Source: Vicinamibacterales bacterium (GTDB lineage: Bacteria; Acidobacteriota; Vicinamibacteria; Vicinamibacterales; UBA2999). From it: DNA of 64,000 nucleotides. The position numbers and the translations under genes were made by a program. A model generated the notes under the pieces. It worked only from the letters and a program-made list of their open reading frames with translations, searched no databases and was not told the DNA's origin. The stretch lies in NCBI GenBank assembly GCA_036005125.1, contig DASYQV010000311.1:5618-69617 (forward strand), in the 5' to 3' direction. Shown in pieces: positions 9,235 to 19,028 of this stretch (position 1 is the stretch's first letter; the number at the start of each line of letters is the position of its first letter).

Positions 9235-10980
9235 TTATTGCAGGACCGGCAGCAGACGGCTGTTCTCTCTGGCGCGCTTCGGCGGAAGCGTCCACTCCTC
9301 GCGCAACGCTTTGTCGAACTCCGTGCGGAAGAAGCTGCTTTTCATGCCGCCGTCGATGATGTCCCACGGGAGCACCGTATCGCGCGACCGGTCGCGGAAC
9401 ACGTAGAAGTCTGCATCGACGCCGGCTTCGGCGCACGCCGCACGCCAGTTGCCCCCGTTGCGCTCCGCCGCTTCGATGGCCGGTGCGACCCGGCGGTCGC
9501 CAAGCGACAGGAGCGCCTGGTAAAACGAATGCCGCTCGGACTTGATCGTGACGTACACGTTGTCGATGCCGCTCATGAGCGAGCGCATGCGCTTCATCTT
9601 GCGCTCGATGACCGTCGACTCCTCCATCGGCAGCCATTGGTAGGCCGTGCCCGGCTTCGGCACCAGAGGATTCACGCTGCCGACGAGGTTTCCGATGCTG
9701 CCGCGTCCGCGCGCGTGCCGGAGCATGATCTCTTTGAGCTGCAGCGTCAGGTCGCGGATTGCCACGAGATCCTCGTCGGTCTCCGTTGGCAGCCCCATCA
9801 TGAAGTACAGCTTGAGGCTCTGAATGCCGCTCGAAAAGATCATGTCCGCGCTGGACAGGATTTCGTCGTTGGTCACCGTCTTGTTGATGACGCGGCGCAG
9901 GCGATCGGATCCGGTCTCGGGTGCGATGGTAAGGGAGCGCTCGCCGCTCTCTTTCAGCAGACGCACGATGGTAGGCGTCAGATCGTCGAGGCGAAGCGAT
10001 GCCGGACTGATCGCGTACCCCATCGCGTGCAGCCTGGTGAGGATCTCTTCGATCTCCGGGTGATCGCAGAGCGCAATAGACACCAGTCCGGCCCGGCTCG
10101 AGTACGGTTTCGCGCGTTCCGCAAGCGCGAGGATGCGCTCCTTGGGAAACGCGCGCACCGGCAGGTAGTTGTAGCCCGCCCAGCAGAACCGGCACAGGTT
10201 GGCGCACCCGCGCACGACCTCCACCAGGAATCTCGAACCGAACTCGGTGTCGGGCGTGAATATCGTCGTTGCCGGGGGATCCACGGCGTCGGTGGTTTTG
10301 AGCGCGGCTTTCTTCACCACTGCCGGTGCGCCCGTGCCCTCTCGAGGTACGAACGCGCGGATAGTGCCGTCCTCGCGGAATTCGACATCGTAGAAAGACG
10401 GGACATAGAAGCCGCGTTCGGCGGCGAGCCGACGCAGGAGGTCGCCTCGATCCGACGCCGTCTGGAAGGCCTTGAGGAGCGCGGGGATGAGCACCTCCCC
10501 TTCTCCGGCGGCAATGACGTCGGCAAACAGCGCGAGCGGTTCGGGATTGACGAAGGTGACCGCGCCCCCAATCAGCACGAGCGGATGTGCCGCAGTACGT
10601 GCCTCGGCTCGCACGGGCAAACCCGCCAGCCGCAGCATGGTGAGCACGTTCGTGTAGTCCCACTCGAACGATACCGAAAACGCGAAGATGTCGAACTCGG
10701 CCACGGGCGTCTGGGACTCGATCGTGACCAGGCGCACGCCCGACGCGATTTGCGCGGCGAGCTCCTGCTTGGGAGGCAGGAACACGCGCTCGCACACGAT
10801 GTCCGGTTCCTCGTTGAACAGCTTGTAGACGGTCTGCAGCCCCAGGTTCGACATCCCGACGAAATAGGTGTTCGGGAACGCCAGCGCGACGCGCAGCCGT
10901 CCGCCGTGCGGTTTGCGGACGTAGCCCACCTCTTTCGAAAGGATCTCGCGGGCGTGCTCACGCTGCTGCCAATGCTTCAT
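9235..10980 (-). CDS. Radical SAM protein with N-terminal B12-binding-like domain (uncharacterised TIGR03960-like type)
   Basis: VRGCANLCRFCWAGY (CxxxCxxC), N-terminal ALAFPNTYFVGMSNLGLQ; ATG 10980 (track start 11013 is a TTG). Confidence 0.8.
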   Translation of the reverse strand: MKHWQQREHAREILSKEVGYVRKPHGGRLRVALAFPNTYFVGMSNLGLQTVYKLFNEEPDIVCERVFLPPKQELAAQIASGVRLVTIESQTPVAEFDIFAFSVSFEWDYTNVLTMLRLAGLPVRAEARTAAHPLVLIGGAVTFVNPEPLALFADVIAAGEGEVLIPALLKAFQTASDRGDLLRRLAAERGFYVPSFYDVEFREDGTIRAFVPREGTGAPAVVKKAALKTTDAVDPPATTIFTPDTEFGSRFLVEVVRGCANLCRFCWAGYNYLPVRAFPKERILALAERAKPYSSRAGLVSIALCDHPEIEEILTRLHAMGYAISPASLRLDDLTPTIVRLLKESGERSLTIAPETGSDRLRRVINKTVTNDEILSSADMIFSSGIQSLKLYFMMGLPTETDEDLVAIRDLTLQLKEIMLRHARGRGSIGNLVGSVNPLVPKPGTAYQWLPMEESTVIERKMKRMRSLMSGIDNVYVTIKSERHSFYQALLSLGDRRVAPAIEAAERNGGNWRAACAEAGVDADFYVFRDRSRDTVLPWDIIDGGMKSSFFRTEFDKALREEWTLPPKRARENSRLLPVLQ

Positions 10981-11005
10981 CAGAGACCACTGGAACGTAC
11001 TTTCG

Positions 11006-11039
11006 AAGTACAAAGCGGGCCGTTCCGTTGGAACGGCCC
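11006..11039 (-). terminator. GC-rich stem-loop (GGGCCGTTCC-AAC-GGAACGGCCC on the minus strand) followed by GCTTTGTACTT
   Basis: 10-bp perfect stem 11017-11026/11030-11039; lies between ftsZ and the radical SAM gene; the following U-rich run is weak. Confidence 0.45.
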
Positions 11040-11258
11040 GAAAATCGTGGGTCGAGCGCCGGATGTAGCCAGATCACCTTCTGTCGAGACGGTCCAGTAG
11101 ATGCGCGCTGAACGACGAAACGAGACGCCGGGGCACGGTCGGGAGCTGATCCGCGAGCTGCAGCTGAAGCGACGCCGCTCGCGGGTGCCGTGGATATTCG
11201 TAGTCTATCAGGTCCGTCCGTGGCGACAGGCACGTGAAGCGCACCAAAAAGATGCTGC

Positions 11259-11317
11259 GATGACCAGTCGAGGGACTTTGCGAGGATATCAACGGCAGAG
11301 TCCCTCGACTGGTCATC
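11259..11317. repeat. Module-C-like hairpin (GATGACCAGTCGAGGGACT ..GATATCAA.. AGTCCCTCGACTGGTCATC) overlapping the ftsZ stop codon
   Basis: 19-bp perfect inverted repeat 11259-11277 / 11299-11317; loop carries the GATATCAA motif seen in module C of the A-B-C mosaics; ftsZ stop is at 11316-11318. Confidence 0.85.
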
Positions 11318-12647
11318 AGCTCTGGCGGCGAAGGAACGCTGGCACGTCGAACGGCGAGGAATGATCGACCGTCCCCTCGTCTCCCTCTGCCGGGTTCGAG
11401 ACGGCGCCCGAAACCGCGCCAATGCCCGCGCCGGTCCGGCTCGCGCCGGAGGGGGGCGGGGGGAGCGTCACGTCGAGCGCTGCCCGCCGCGTGACGGTCA
11501 GCTGCGGAGCCGCGGTTGGCGGCGTGCCTGCCTGTCCCGTCGGCTGCTCGACCCTCGCCTCCGCCGTGCGGCCGAGGTGTGCGTTGTAGGTATTCAGGTC
11601 GATCGGCGTCTGGAGCGCCGCCGCCGGCACTCCGCGACCTGTGCCTTTGCGGTCGAAGCCGGTCGCAATCACGGTGATCTTCACCCTGCCCGTGACGTGC
11701 GGATCCACCACGGCACCGAAGATGATGTTGGCGTCCTCGTGCGCCGCCTCCTGGATGATGCATGACGCCTCGCTGACCTCGGTCAGTGACAGATCGGGGC
11801 CGCCGGTGACGTTGATGATCACGCCGCGCGCGCCCGTGACGGAACTGTCCTCGAGGAGCGGGCTCGAAATCGCCTTCTGCGCGGCGGCCATCGCGCGCCC
11901 GTCGCCCTCGGCCACGCCCGTCCCCATCATCGCGACGCCCATGCCGGACATGATTGTCTTCACATCGGCGAAATCGAGGTTGATCAGTCCAGGAACGAGG
12001 ATGAGATCCGAGATCCCCTGAATCGCCTGACGCAACACATCGTCGGCGGTCATGAACGCATCGGTCATCGGCGTGCGGCGTTCGATGATCGAGAGCAGCC
12101 GCTCGTTGGGAATCGTGATCACCGTATCGACGCACTCCCGCAGCGCCTCGAGGCCGGCCTCGGCTTGAAGCGCGCGCTGCCGGCCCTCGAACTTGAACGG
12201 CTTGGTGACGACCGCAATCGTCAGCGCGCCGAGCTCCGTTGCGAGGCTCGCGATGACGGGGGCAGCGCCGGTCCCGGTGCCGCCGCCCAGACCCGCGGTC
12301 ACGAAGATCATGTCCGCGCCGGACAACGTCTGGAGGATCGTGTCGGTGTCCTCGAGCGCAGCCTGGCGGCCGACGTTCGGATCCGCGCCCGCGCCGAGCC
12401 CCTTGGTGAGCCTCGATCCGATCTGGATCTTGACGGCGGCCTTGTTGTAGTCGAGCGCCTGCAGGTCGGTGTTGGCGACGATGAATTCCACGCCGCCCAG
12501 ACCGGCATCGACCATGCGGTTGACCGCGTTGCAGCCGCCGCCGCCGACGCCGATCACTTTGATCCGCGCGCCGTTGCGTATGTCGCGGTCGAGCATCAGC
12601 CGCAGCCGCTCGTCAGCGCGTCCGTTCTGGCCGTCGAAGTCGCTCAT
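11316..12647 (-). CDS. ftsZ: Cell division protein FtsZ
   Basis: [17 protein letters not shown], tubulin signature [14 protein letters not shown]-terminal DVPAFLRRQ peptide; ATG 12647 preceded by GGAGGG; the track ORF start at 12983 adds 112 Arg/Gly-rich residues that overlap ftsA. Confidence 0.97.
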   Translation of the reverse strand: MSDFDGQNGRADERLRLMLDRDIRNGARIKVIGVGGGGCNAVNRMVDAGLGGVEFIVANTDLQALDYNKAAVKIQIGSRLTKGLGAGADPNVGRQAALEDTDTILQTLSGADMIFVTAGLGGGTGTGAAPVIASLATELGALTIAVVTKPFKFEGRQRALQAEAGLEALRECVDTVITIPNERLLSIIERRTPMTDAFMTADDVLRQAIQGISDLILVPGLINLDFADVKTIMSGMGVAMMGTGVAEGDGRAMAAAQKAISSPLLEDSSVTGARGVIINVTGGPDLSLTEVSEASCIIQEAAHEDANIIFGAVVDPHVTGRVKITVIATGFDRKGTGRGVPAAALQTPIDLNTYNAHLGRTAEARVEQPTGQAGTPPTAAPQLTVTRRAALDVTLPPPPSGASRTGAGIGAVSGAVSNPAEGDEGTVDHSSPFDVPAFLRRQS

Positions 12648-12673
12648 GCAATTCCCTCCTGGAACCGCGGGAC

Positions 12674-13915
12674 TCAGAAGAATTCCTTGAAGATGCCCCT
12701 CAAGCGGCCGGCCATGCGGCCGAAGGCGCCGCCGCCGGCGCGCGCGGGCTCGGGTCCCCGGTTGCGGTGCGCGTAGAGCACGAGCCCCGCCGGCGTGGCA
12801 AACGTCGGGCTGGCCACGTGGTCCGCGAGCCCGCCGACCCCGACCGGGCAGCCGCGCCGGATCGGCAGATCGAAAATCTGTTCGGCAATCTCCGGCATCC
12901 CCTCGAGAATCGCGCCCCCGCCCGTCAGCACGATGCCCGAGTTCAGCGATTTCTCGTATCCGGCGCGCCGGATCTCGTCCCACACCAGGTGGAAGATCTC
13001 CTCGGCTCGCGGCTGCAGGATCTCCGAGAGAATGCGGCGCGCCATCAGCCGCGGTTTGCGCCCGCCCACGCTCGCAACCTCGATCGTGTCGTCTTCATCC
13101 ACCATGGCCGACAGCGCGCACCCGTTCTTTCGCTTGACCTTTTCCGCGTCCGGGATTGGCGTGCGGAGCCCGACGGCGATGTCATTCGTGAAGTGATCGC
13201 CGCCGATGGCCACGACCCCCGTGTGCCACAGGCTGCCGCGCTCGAAGATCGCCAGATCGGCGGTGCCCCCGCCGATGTCTACAAGCGCCACGCCCAGTTC
13301 CTTCTCGTCGGGCGTCAGGACGGCCTCGCTCGCGGCGAGCTGTTCGATGACGGTGTCCTGGACAGTCATCCCCGCGCGGTTCACGCACGCGATCATGTTG
13401 TGCGTCGACGAGACGCTGCCGGTAACGATGTGGACGTTCACTTCGAGTCGCGCGCCGGTCATCCCCACCGGTGCGCCGATGCCGTCCTGCTCGTCGACCA
13501 CGAAGTCCTGCGGAAGCACGTGCAGGATCTCGCGCCCCGCTGGAAGCGCCACCGCCTTGGCGGCATCGATCGCCCGCCGCACGTCGTCACGCGTGATTTC
13601 GCGGTTCTTGCCCGCGACGGCAATCACGCCGCGGCTGTTGAACCCCTTGATATGCGGCCCCGACAGCGCCAGGTGCACGGAATCGATCTCGACACCCGCC
13701 ATCAGCTCTGCTTCGTCGATGGCCTTCTTGATCGAGTCGACCGCAGCCTCGAGGTTGACCACGGCGCCACGCTTGATGCCGTGCGATTCGGAGACGCCGA
13801 TGCCGACCACGTCGAGACTGCCGTCGTCCAGGCTCTCGCCGACAACCGCGCAGACCGTCGACGTGCCCACGTCGAGACCAACTACGTACCGCTCTCTATG
13901 CGCCACGCTCCCCAT
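12674..13915 (-). CDS. ftsA: Cell division protein FtsA
   Basis: Actin-like ATPase motifs [25 protein letters not shown]; amphipathic C-terminus [11 protein letters not shown]; ATG 13915 (alt 13936). Confidence 0.95.
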   Translation of the reverse strand: MGSVAHRERYVVGLDVGTSTVCAVVGESLDDGSLDVVGIGVSESHGIKRGAVVNLEAAVDSIKKAIDEAELMAGVEIDSVHLALSGPHIKGFNSRGVIAVAGKNREITRDDVRRAIDAAKAVALPAGREILHVLPQDFVVDEQDGIGAPVGMTGARLEVNVHIVTGSVSSTHNMIACVNRAGMTVQDTVIEQLAASEAVLTPDEKELGVALVDIGGGTADLAIFERGSLWHTGVVAIGGDHFTNDIAVGLRTPIPDAEKVKRKNGCALSAMVDEDDTIEVASVGGRKPRLMARRILSEILQPRAEEIFHLVWDEIRRAGYEKSLNSGIVLTGGGAILEGMPEIAEQIFDLPIRRGCPVGVGGLADHVASPTFATPAGLVLYAHRNRGPEPARAGGGAFGRMAGRLRGIFKEFF

Positions 13916-13941
13916 CCCTCGCGAACACCCGCACATGCATA

Positions 13942-14034
13942 CGTAGGCCGGGTCCTCAGACCCGGCACACAGTGACCGTGCGTAGGCCGGGTCTTTAGAC
14001 CCGGCGGGTGCCGCATCTGAAGATGCGGCCTACG
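13942..14034. repeat. REP-like hairpin cluster: two GCCGGGTC-loop-GACCCGGC hairpins plus GCCGCATCT-GA-AGATGCGGC, flanked by CGTAGGC/GCCTACG
   Basis: 13942-13966 and 13981-14005 (CGTAGGCCGGGTC(CTCA/TTTA)GACCCGGC), 14010-14034; same unit at 39244-39297 (inverted) and 43670-43731. Confidence 0.9.
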
Positions 14035-14046
14035 ACCGAAGAATCC

Positions 14047-14877
14047 TCAGCGATCCTTCCCTGCCGATCTCCCGGGCCTGACGTAGACCCGCTCGTCGAA
14101 TCGCATGTCGACGTAGTCGATGTTCGGCACTCGCTTCCGCACGGCCGGCAGCAGATCGAGGTAGGTCTGCAGGCGTTCAGCGAACTGATCGTCGCCGAGA
14201 CGAAGGAGCGCCGTGTCGTCCTTCAGCAGCACCACCGCGTCATGCGGGTCGGTCACGTCGATCTGCGAGACCCGCGCGGCGAGATCGGACCGTCCCTGGA
14301 GCGCCGCAAGGAGTCGGACCGCCAGCGCCGCACGGGTTCCATCGATCAGCGGTCCGCCATCCCGTGGCGCGGTTCCGAGGCCGTCGATGACCGGCAGGTC
14401 GAATTCCGCATAGTTCGGCCCGAACTCGTCGATGATCAATCCACGGTCGTCAATCAGGTACAGGTGGCTCCCGATCCGTCCCACGCCCAGCGGCCGGCGC
14501 TCGGCGATCGCAACGGCCACCGTGCCGGGCAGCACACGCCGCATCGCCGCATCGGCGACCCACGGCGACGTGAGCAGCTTCCGTCGCCACGCCTCGAGGT
14601 CGACCGTCAGCATGTGCTCGCCTCGAAGACCGTCCAGCAGCGTCACCACCTCTCCGCGCGCGAGCCGGTCGTTGCCGCTCACGGTGATGCGCCTCACCCG
14701 AAGCGCCTCCGCAAACAGCACCAGCGAGGCGGCGCGGTAGGCGACGTACAGACCGACGGCCAGTATCACGGCCGCACGTCCGATTACCCGCCAGTTCACC
14801 ATCCACGGGCGGCGCCTGTGCGACGGGCTCACGCGCGCGCGGCGGAAGCGCTTGTCCGCTGGCGCGGCGACCGGCAT
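14047..14877 (-). CDS. ftsQ: Cell division protein FtsQ (POTRA domain)
   Basis: Single TM (AAVILAVGLYVAY), then POTRA-like ITVSGNDRLARGEV; position between murC and ftsA; start ambiguous (14877 or 14910), and both lie next to or inside mosaic module A. Confidence 0.8.
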   Translation of the reverse strand: MPVAAPADKRFRRARVSPSHRRRPWMVNWRVIGRAAVILAVGLYVAYRAASLVLFAEALRVRRITVSGNDRLARGEVVTLLDGLRGEHMLTVDLEAWRRKLLTSPWVADAAMRRVLPGTVAVAIAERRPLGVGRIGSHLYLIDDRGLIIDEFGPNYAEFDLPVIDGLGTAPRDGGPLIDGTRAALAVRLLAALQGRSDLAARVSQIDVTDPHDAVVLLKDDTALLRLGDDQFAERLQTYLDLLPAVRKRVPNIDYVDMRFDERVYVRPGRSAGKDR

Positions 14878-14881
14878 CGGA

Positions 14882-15026
14882 CCGTTATGCGGGTTCAAAC
14901 GGAGTCTCATGCTCGTTGTGGGACCGCATAACGGTCCAGGCGCGCGGAGCGCGCCAGAAGATACCGGGCGAACCAGCCGAGGAGCTCTGCCGCCGATATC
15001 AAGGGGCAGAGTTCCTCGGCTGGTTC
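14882..15026 (+). repeat. A-B-C mosaic element, copy 1 (plus orientation)
   Basis: A 14882-14934 (CCGTTATGCGG..CCGCATAACGG), B 14939-14955 (GGCGCGC-GGA-GCGCGCC), C 14970-15026 (GAACCAGCCGAGG..GATATCAAGG..CCTCGGCTGGTTC); followed by 2 x GAGCTCCTTTCGGCC. Confidence 0.9.
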
Positions 15027-16456
15027 TGCAGCTCCTTTCGGCCCTGGAGCTCCTTTCGGCCGAGCGCCTCGACGAGCCGGGCCGGGACTGTCCCGATCGA
15101 GCCAGCTCCCAGAGTGATTACCGCGTCGCCAGGCTTAGCGATCTCGATCACCGTCGTCACCACCTCATCGAGCGTCCGGGCGAGCCGGACGCGCTTCCCG
15201 CTACCGCGGCTGATCGCGTCGGCGAGCGCGTCGACCGTCACACCCGGAATCGGTTCCTCATTCGCGGCATAAATATCGGTGAGGACGATCTCGTCGGCGT
15301 TCTTCAGCGCCGGTCCGAAGGCGTCCAGCAGGTCGCGGGTGCGCGTATACCGATGCGGCTGAAACGCGACGACCAGCCGCCGGTCGAGCGCGGCGCGCGC
15401 AGCCGCCAGGACCGCGGCGATTTCCGTCGGATGATGGCCGTAGTCGTCAATCACGAGCACGCCGCCGACCTCGCCGTACCGCTCGAACCGCCGCTCGGCG
15501 CCCTCGAAGCCTTCGAGCGCGCGCACCACCTGAGCGAAATCGACGCCCACCTGCTCGGCCACGGCGAGGGCGGCGAGCGCGTTCTGCAGGTTATGACGAC
15601 CCGGCATGAGGAGCCGCAGCTCGCCCAGTCTGTCCGTGGCCGTCGCGTGGCGGCGGTGGACGATACAGCGACCGCCGAAGCTGCCCACGTCGATGTCGGT
15701 CCCGATGATGTCGGCCTCGGCATTGTCGAGCCCGTAGGTGACGAGCCGCCGCTTCACGTTCGGCAGCACCGCCGCGAGCGGTTCATCATCGGCACACGCG
15801 ATCACGCTGCCGTAGAACGGCACTCTGTTCGCGAACTCGAGAAACGCACCCTGCAGCTCGGCAAAGCTCCCGTAGTTCTCCATGTGCTCCCGGTCGATGT
15901 TCGTAATCACCGCGATCGCGGGCCAGAGCATCAGGAACGATCGGTCGCTTTCGTCCGCCTCGGCCACCAGATACTCGCCGCCGCCGAGCCGTGCGTTGCT
16001 GCCGAACGCGCTCAGCCGGCCGCCGATCACCGCGGTCGGGTCGAGACCGGCGCCCTCCAGCACGAGCGCGATCATCGAGGTCGTCGTCGTCTTGCCGTGC
16101 GCCCCGGCCACCGCAATCGAGAACCGGAGCCGCATCAACTCGGCCAGCATTTCGGCCCGCGCGACGACCGGGATTCGGCGCCGCTGGGCTTCGGCGATCT
16201 CGGGGTTGGTCGGCTTCACCGCGGAGGACACGACCACGACGTCGGCGTCGCCCACGTACGACCCTGCATGTCCTTCCAGAACAACGACACCGAATTTCGA
16301 GGCGAGACGATCGGTCACCTTCGATCGCTTCTCATCGGATCCGGTGACGACGTACCCGAGATTTGCCAGCAGTTCGGCGATACCGCTCATGCCGATGCCG
16401 CCGATGCCGACGAAGTGGACCCGCCGGGTCTTCCCCAGCAAACCGTGTTGCAGCAC
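14999..16456 (-). CDS. murC: UDP-N-acetylmuramate--L-alanine ligase
   Basis: VHFVGIGGIGMSGIAELL, GAHGKTTTTSM, DESDRSF; the last ~20 codons (GRKELQGRKELQNQPRNSAP) and the stop lie inside repeat sequence. Confidence 0.95.
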   Translation of the reverse strand: MLQHGLLGKTRRVHFVGIGGIGMSGIAELLANLGYVVTGSDEKRSKVTDRLASKFGVVVLEGHAGSYVGDADVVVVSSAVKPTNPEIAEAQRRRIPVVARAEMLAELMRLRFSIAVAGAHGKTTTTSMIALVLEGAGLDPTAVIGGRLSAFGSNARLGGGEYLVAEADESDRSFLMLWPAIAVITNIDREHMENYGSFAELQGAFLEFANRVPFYGSVIACADDEPLAAVLPNVKRRLVTYGLDNAEADIIGTDIDVGSFGGRCIVHRRHATATDRLGELRLLMPGRHNLQNALAALAVAEQVGVDFAQVVRALEGFEGAERRFERYGEVGGVLVIDDYGHHPTEIAAVLAAARAALDRRLVVAFQPHRYTRTRDLLDAFGPALKNADEIVLTDIYAANEEPIPGVTVDALADAISRGSGKRVRLARTLDEVVTTVIEIAKPGDAVITLGAGSIGTVPARLVEALGRKELQGRKELQNQPRNSAP

Positions 16457-16496
16457 TCGTCACCTTTACGCGTGTGTCCCGACCGCGCGGCTCAGC

Positions 16497-16632
16497 CCGT
16501 TATGCGGCCGCAAACGCGAATTTTGTACGCGTTGTCGCACCGCATAACGGGCCTAGGCGCGCGGAGCGCGCCAAGAAGATACTGGGTCTGACCAGTCAAG
16601 GGCAGAGCCCGGCAGAGCCCCTGACTGGTCAG
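16497..16632 (+). repeat. A-B-C mosaic element, copy 2 (plus orientation)
   Basis: A 16497-16550, B 16556-16572, C 16588-16632 (CTGACCAGTCAAGGGCAGAGCCCGGCAGAGCCCCTGACTGGTCAG); the murG stop (16629-16631) is in the right arm of C. Confidence 0.9.
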
Positions 16633-17720
16633 ACCCGCCCTCGCGCCAGCTCGAGCGCCTTGTCCACGATCGCCCGTGCGGCATCAGGCCGCGCGAGCTG
16701 CCGCGCGGCCCTGGCAAGACCGGCGCGGCGCGCCGGGTCGCGAGCCAGCGCCAGCACGTCGGCCGCCAACCGGTCACCGGTCAGTTCGCGCTGCTCGATC
16801 ATCACGGCGGCTCCCTGCCGCACCAGCGCCTCCGCATTCCGGCGCTGGTGGTCGTCGGTTGCGGTCGGCAGCGGCACGAGGATCGCGGCGCGACCGGCTG
16901 CCGCGAGCTCGGCCAGCGTCGTCGCCCCGGCCCGCGAGACGACGATGTCGGCCGCCTTCATCTCACGATCCATGGTGAACAGGAACGGCTCGACCCTGGC
17001 TTCAAGGTCCGCGCGACGGTACGCGTCACGGACCATTTCCAGATCGCGCTCCCCAGTCTGGTGCGTGATTGCCACTCGTGGCTCTGCGGCAGCCAGCCGC
17101 GGCGCCGCCTCCACCAGGGCCACGTTGATCGCGTGCGCGCCCTGAGAGCCGCCAAAGACTAGTACCCGTGCCGCCCCTGGCGGCGAACGTCGATCGTCAT
17201 GAGCCTCCTCGGTGTTGAAAAACTCCGGACGTACCGGATTCCCCGCCACGAACGCCTTACCCGAAAAGAACGGCACACTCTCCTCGTAGGTGACGGCAGC
17301 CGCCTTCACCAGCCGCGCGAGCAGGCGATTGGTCAGGCCCGGCACCGCGTTCTGCTCCATCACCATTGTCGGAATGCCGCGCAGCGCCGCGAGCATCACG
17401 ACCGGGCCCGAGCTGTAACCGCCCACGCCGATGACCACCGATGGTCGCCGTCGCGCCACCACCTCCCAGGCGTCGCTCGCGCTCAGTGGCAGCAGTCCCA
17501 TGCCGCGAGCGAGGCTCGCGAGCGATTTGCCCTTCAGGCCGCCGCTCCGGATCACGTCGAGCGCGAATCCCTCGCGCGGCACCACTCGCGACTCGATCCC
17601 CTGCGCGGTGCCGACGAACGTGACCTGCGCGTCGGGCACGCGTGCCATGAACTCGCGCGCGACGGCGATGCCGGGGTAGAGATGCCCGCCCGTTCCGCCG
17701 CCCGCGATGAGGACGCGCAT
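16629..17720 (-). CDS. murG: Undecaprenyldiphospho-muramoylpentapeptide beta-N-acetylglucosaminyltransferase
   Basis: GGTGGHLYPGIAVA, GGSQGA, GT28 architecture; abuts the ftsW stop. Confidence 0.95.
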   Translation of the reverse strand: MRVLIAGGGTGGHLYPGIAVAREFMARVPDAQVTFVGTAQGIESRVVPREGFALDVIRSGGLKGKSLASLARGMGLLPLSASDAWEVVARRRPSVVIGVGGYSSGPVVMLAALRGIPTMVMEQNAVPGLTNRLLARLVKAAAVTYEESVPFFSGKAFVAGNPVRPEFFNTEEAHDDRRSPPGAARVLVFGGSQGAHAINVALVEAAPRLAAAEPRVAITHQTGERDLEMVRDAYRRADLEARVEPFLFTMDREMKAADIVVSRAGATTLAELAAAGRAAILVPLPTATDDHQRRNAEALVRQGAAVMIEQRELTGDRLAADVLALARDPARRAGLARAARQLARPDAARAIVDKALELARGRV

Positions 17721-18821
17721 TCATGCTCCGGAGGCCTGGTGCTGCGAGACGTTCAGCAACACGCCGATTCCCAGCAGGTTGACGAGCATCGACGATCCGC
17801 CGGCGCTCACGAGCGGCAGCGGCATGCCTTTGGTCGGGAGCAGACCCAGAACCACGCTCATGTTCACGAACGCCTGCACCGCGATCATCGTAGTGAGGCC
17901 GAGCGCGACGAACGCCCCGAACGAGTCCTCCGCGCGGAAGGCGATTCGCAGCCCTCGCCAGGTGATCACGGCGAAGCACAAGAGGATGGCCGTGGAGCCA
18001 ATCAGGCCCAGCTCTTCGGCGATCACCGCGTAGATGAAGTCGGTATGCGGCTCCGGCAGGTAGAACAGCTTCTGAACGCCCGCCATCAAACCGCGACCGA
18101 AGATGCCGCCGGTGGCCACGGCGATGAGCGATTGGATGATCTGGAAACCGTCGCCGAGCGGATCGGCCCACGGATCCCAGAAAGCGAGAAGCCGCCGGCG
18201 CCGGTACGGCGCGCTCACCAGCACGACGTAGATGACCGGCAGCGCGGCGAGCGTGACACCGATGAAGTAGCGATAATGCAGGCCCGCCGCGAAGACCATC
18301 ACCGCGGCGATCGTGACGATCGAGACGGCCGTGCCGAAGTCGGGCTGCAGCAGAATCAGCGCGACGAGCGCTCCGAGCACGATTCCGATCGGCAGAAGCG
18401 AGTACGACACCTCGTCGATGCGGTGCATCCGGCGCTCCAGCATGATCGCGGTGAACAGCACGCAGCCAATCTTTGCCAGCTCCGAGGGCTGGATGCCGAG
18501 ACCGCCGAAGCCGAACCACCGCCGGGTGCCGTTCACCGGGGCGCTGAAGAGCACGCCCACGAGCATCGCGGCGACAATGCCGACGAGCACCCAGATGAAG
18601 GCCTCGTTGCGATACGTGCGGTAGTCGACGCGGATGGCGATGGCGAGCACGGCAAGGCCCAGCGCCGTCCAGAGCGCCTGCTTGACGAGGAAGAGTTGAG
18701 GCTGCTGGAACCGTTCGAGCGCGAGAAGCGCGGAGGCGCTGTACACCATCACGATGCTGACGCAGACGAGGAGCAGCGTGGCAATGAACAGAATGCCGTC
18801 AGACTTGAGCTTGCGGGCCAT
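17721..18821 (-). CDS. ftsW: SEDS-family peptidoglycan glycosyltransferase FtsW
   Basis: Multi-TM profile; PSELAKI, LPEPHTDFI, GLLPTKGMPLPLVSAGGSS; dcw position. Confidence 0.93.
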   Translation of the reverse strand: MARKLKSDGILFIATLLLVCVSIVMVYSASALLALERFQQPQLFLVKQALWTALGLAVLAIAIRVDYRTYRNEAFIWVLVGIVAAMLVGVLFSAPVNGTRRWFGFGGLGIQPSELAKIGCVLFTAIMLERRMHRIDEVSYSLLPIGIVLGALVALILLQPDFGTAVSIVTIAAVMVFAAGLHYRYFIGVTLAALPVIYVVLVSAPYRRRRLLAFWDPWADPLGDGFQIIQSLIAVATGGIFGRGLMAGVQKLFYLPEPHTDFIYAVIAEELGLIGSTAILLCFAVITWRGLRIAFRAEDSFGAFVALGLTTMIAVQAFVNMSVVLGLLPTKGMPLPLVSAGGSSMLVNLLGIGVLLNVSQHQASGA

Positions 18822-18866
18822 TGTTACCGTTCGATCGAGCGATCACTGTCTGAAAGACACTGCGAA

Positions 18867-18960
18867 GATGCATGGCTTCGGACTACAGGCTTCGGGCTTC
18901 GGGAAAGAGCCTTCTGAATCTGTTCCTGCAGCCCGTAGTCCGTAGCCCGTAGCCTGCATC
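18867..18960. repeat. Imperfect heptamer-word hairpin (GGCTTCG/GACTACA words vs CCGTAGT/CCGTAGC words), closed by GATGCA/TGCATC
   Basis: By position-wise comparison, 22 of 30 arm positions are complementary, plus a 6-bp closing stem. Confidence 0.7.
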
Positions 18961-19028
18961 CGTCATACGGTCTAAAGTTCTCACCCATGAGTCCGAAATA
19001 CTTGTCAGCGCGCCGCGCGCTACAATTT

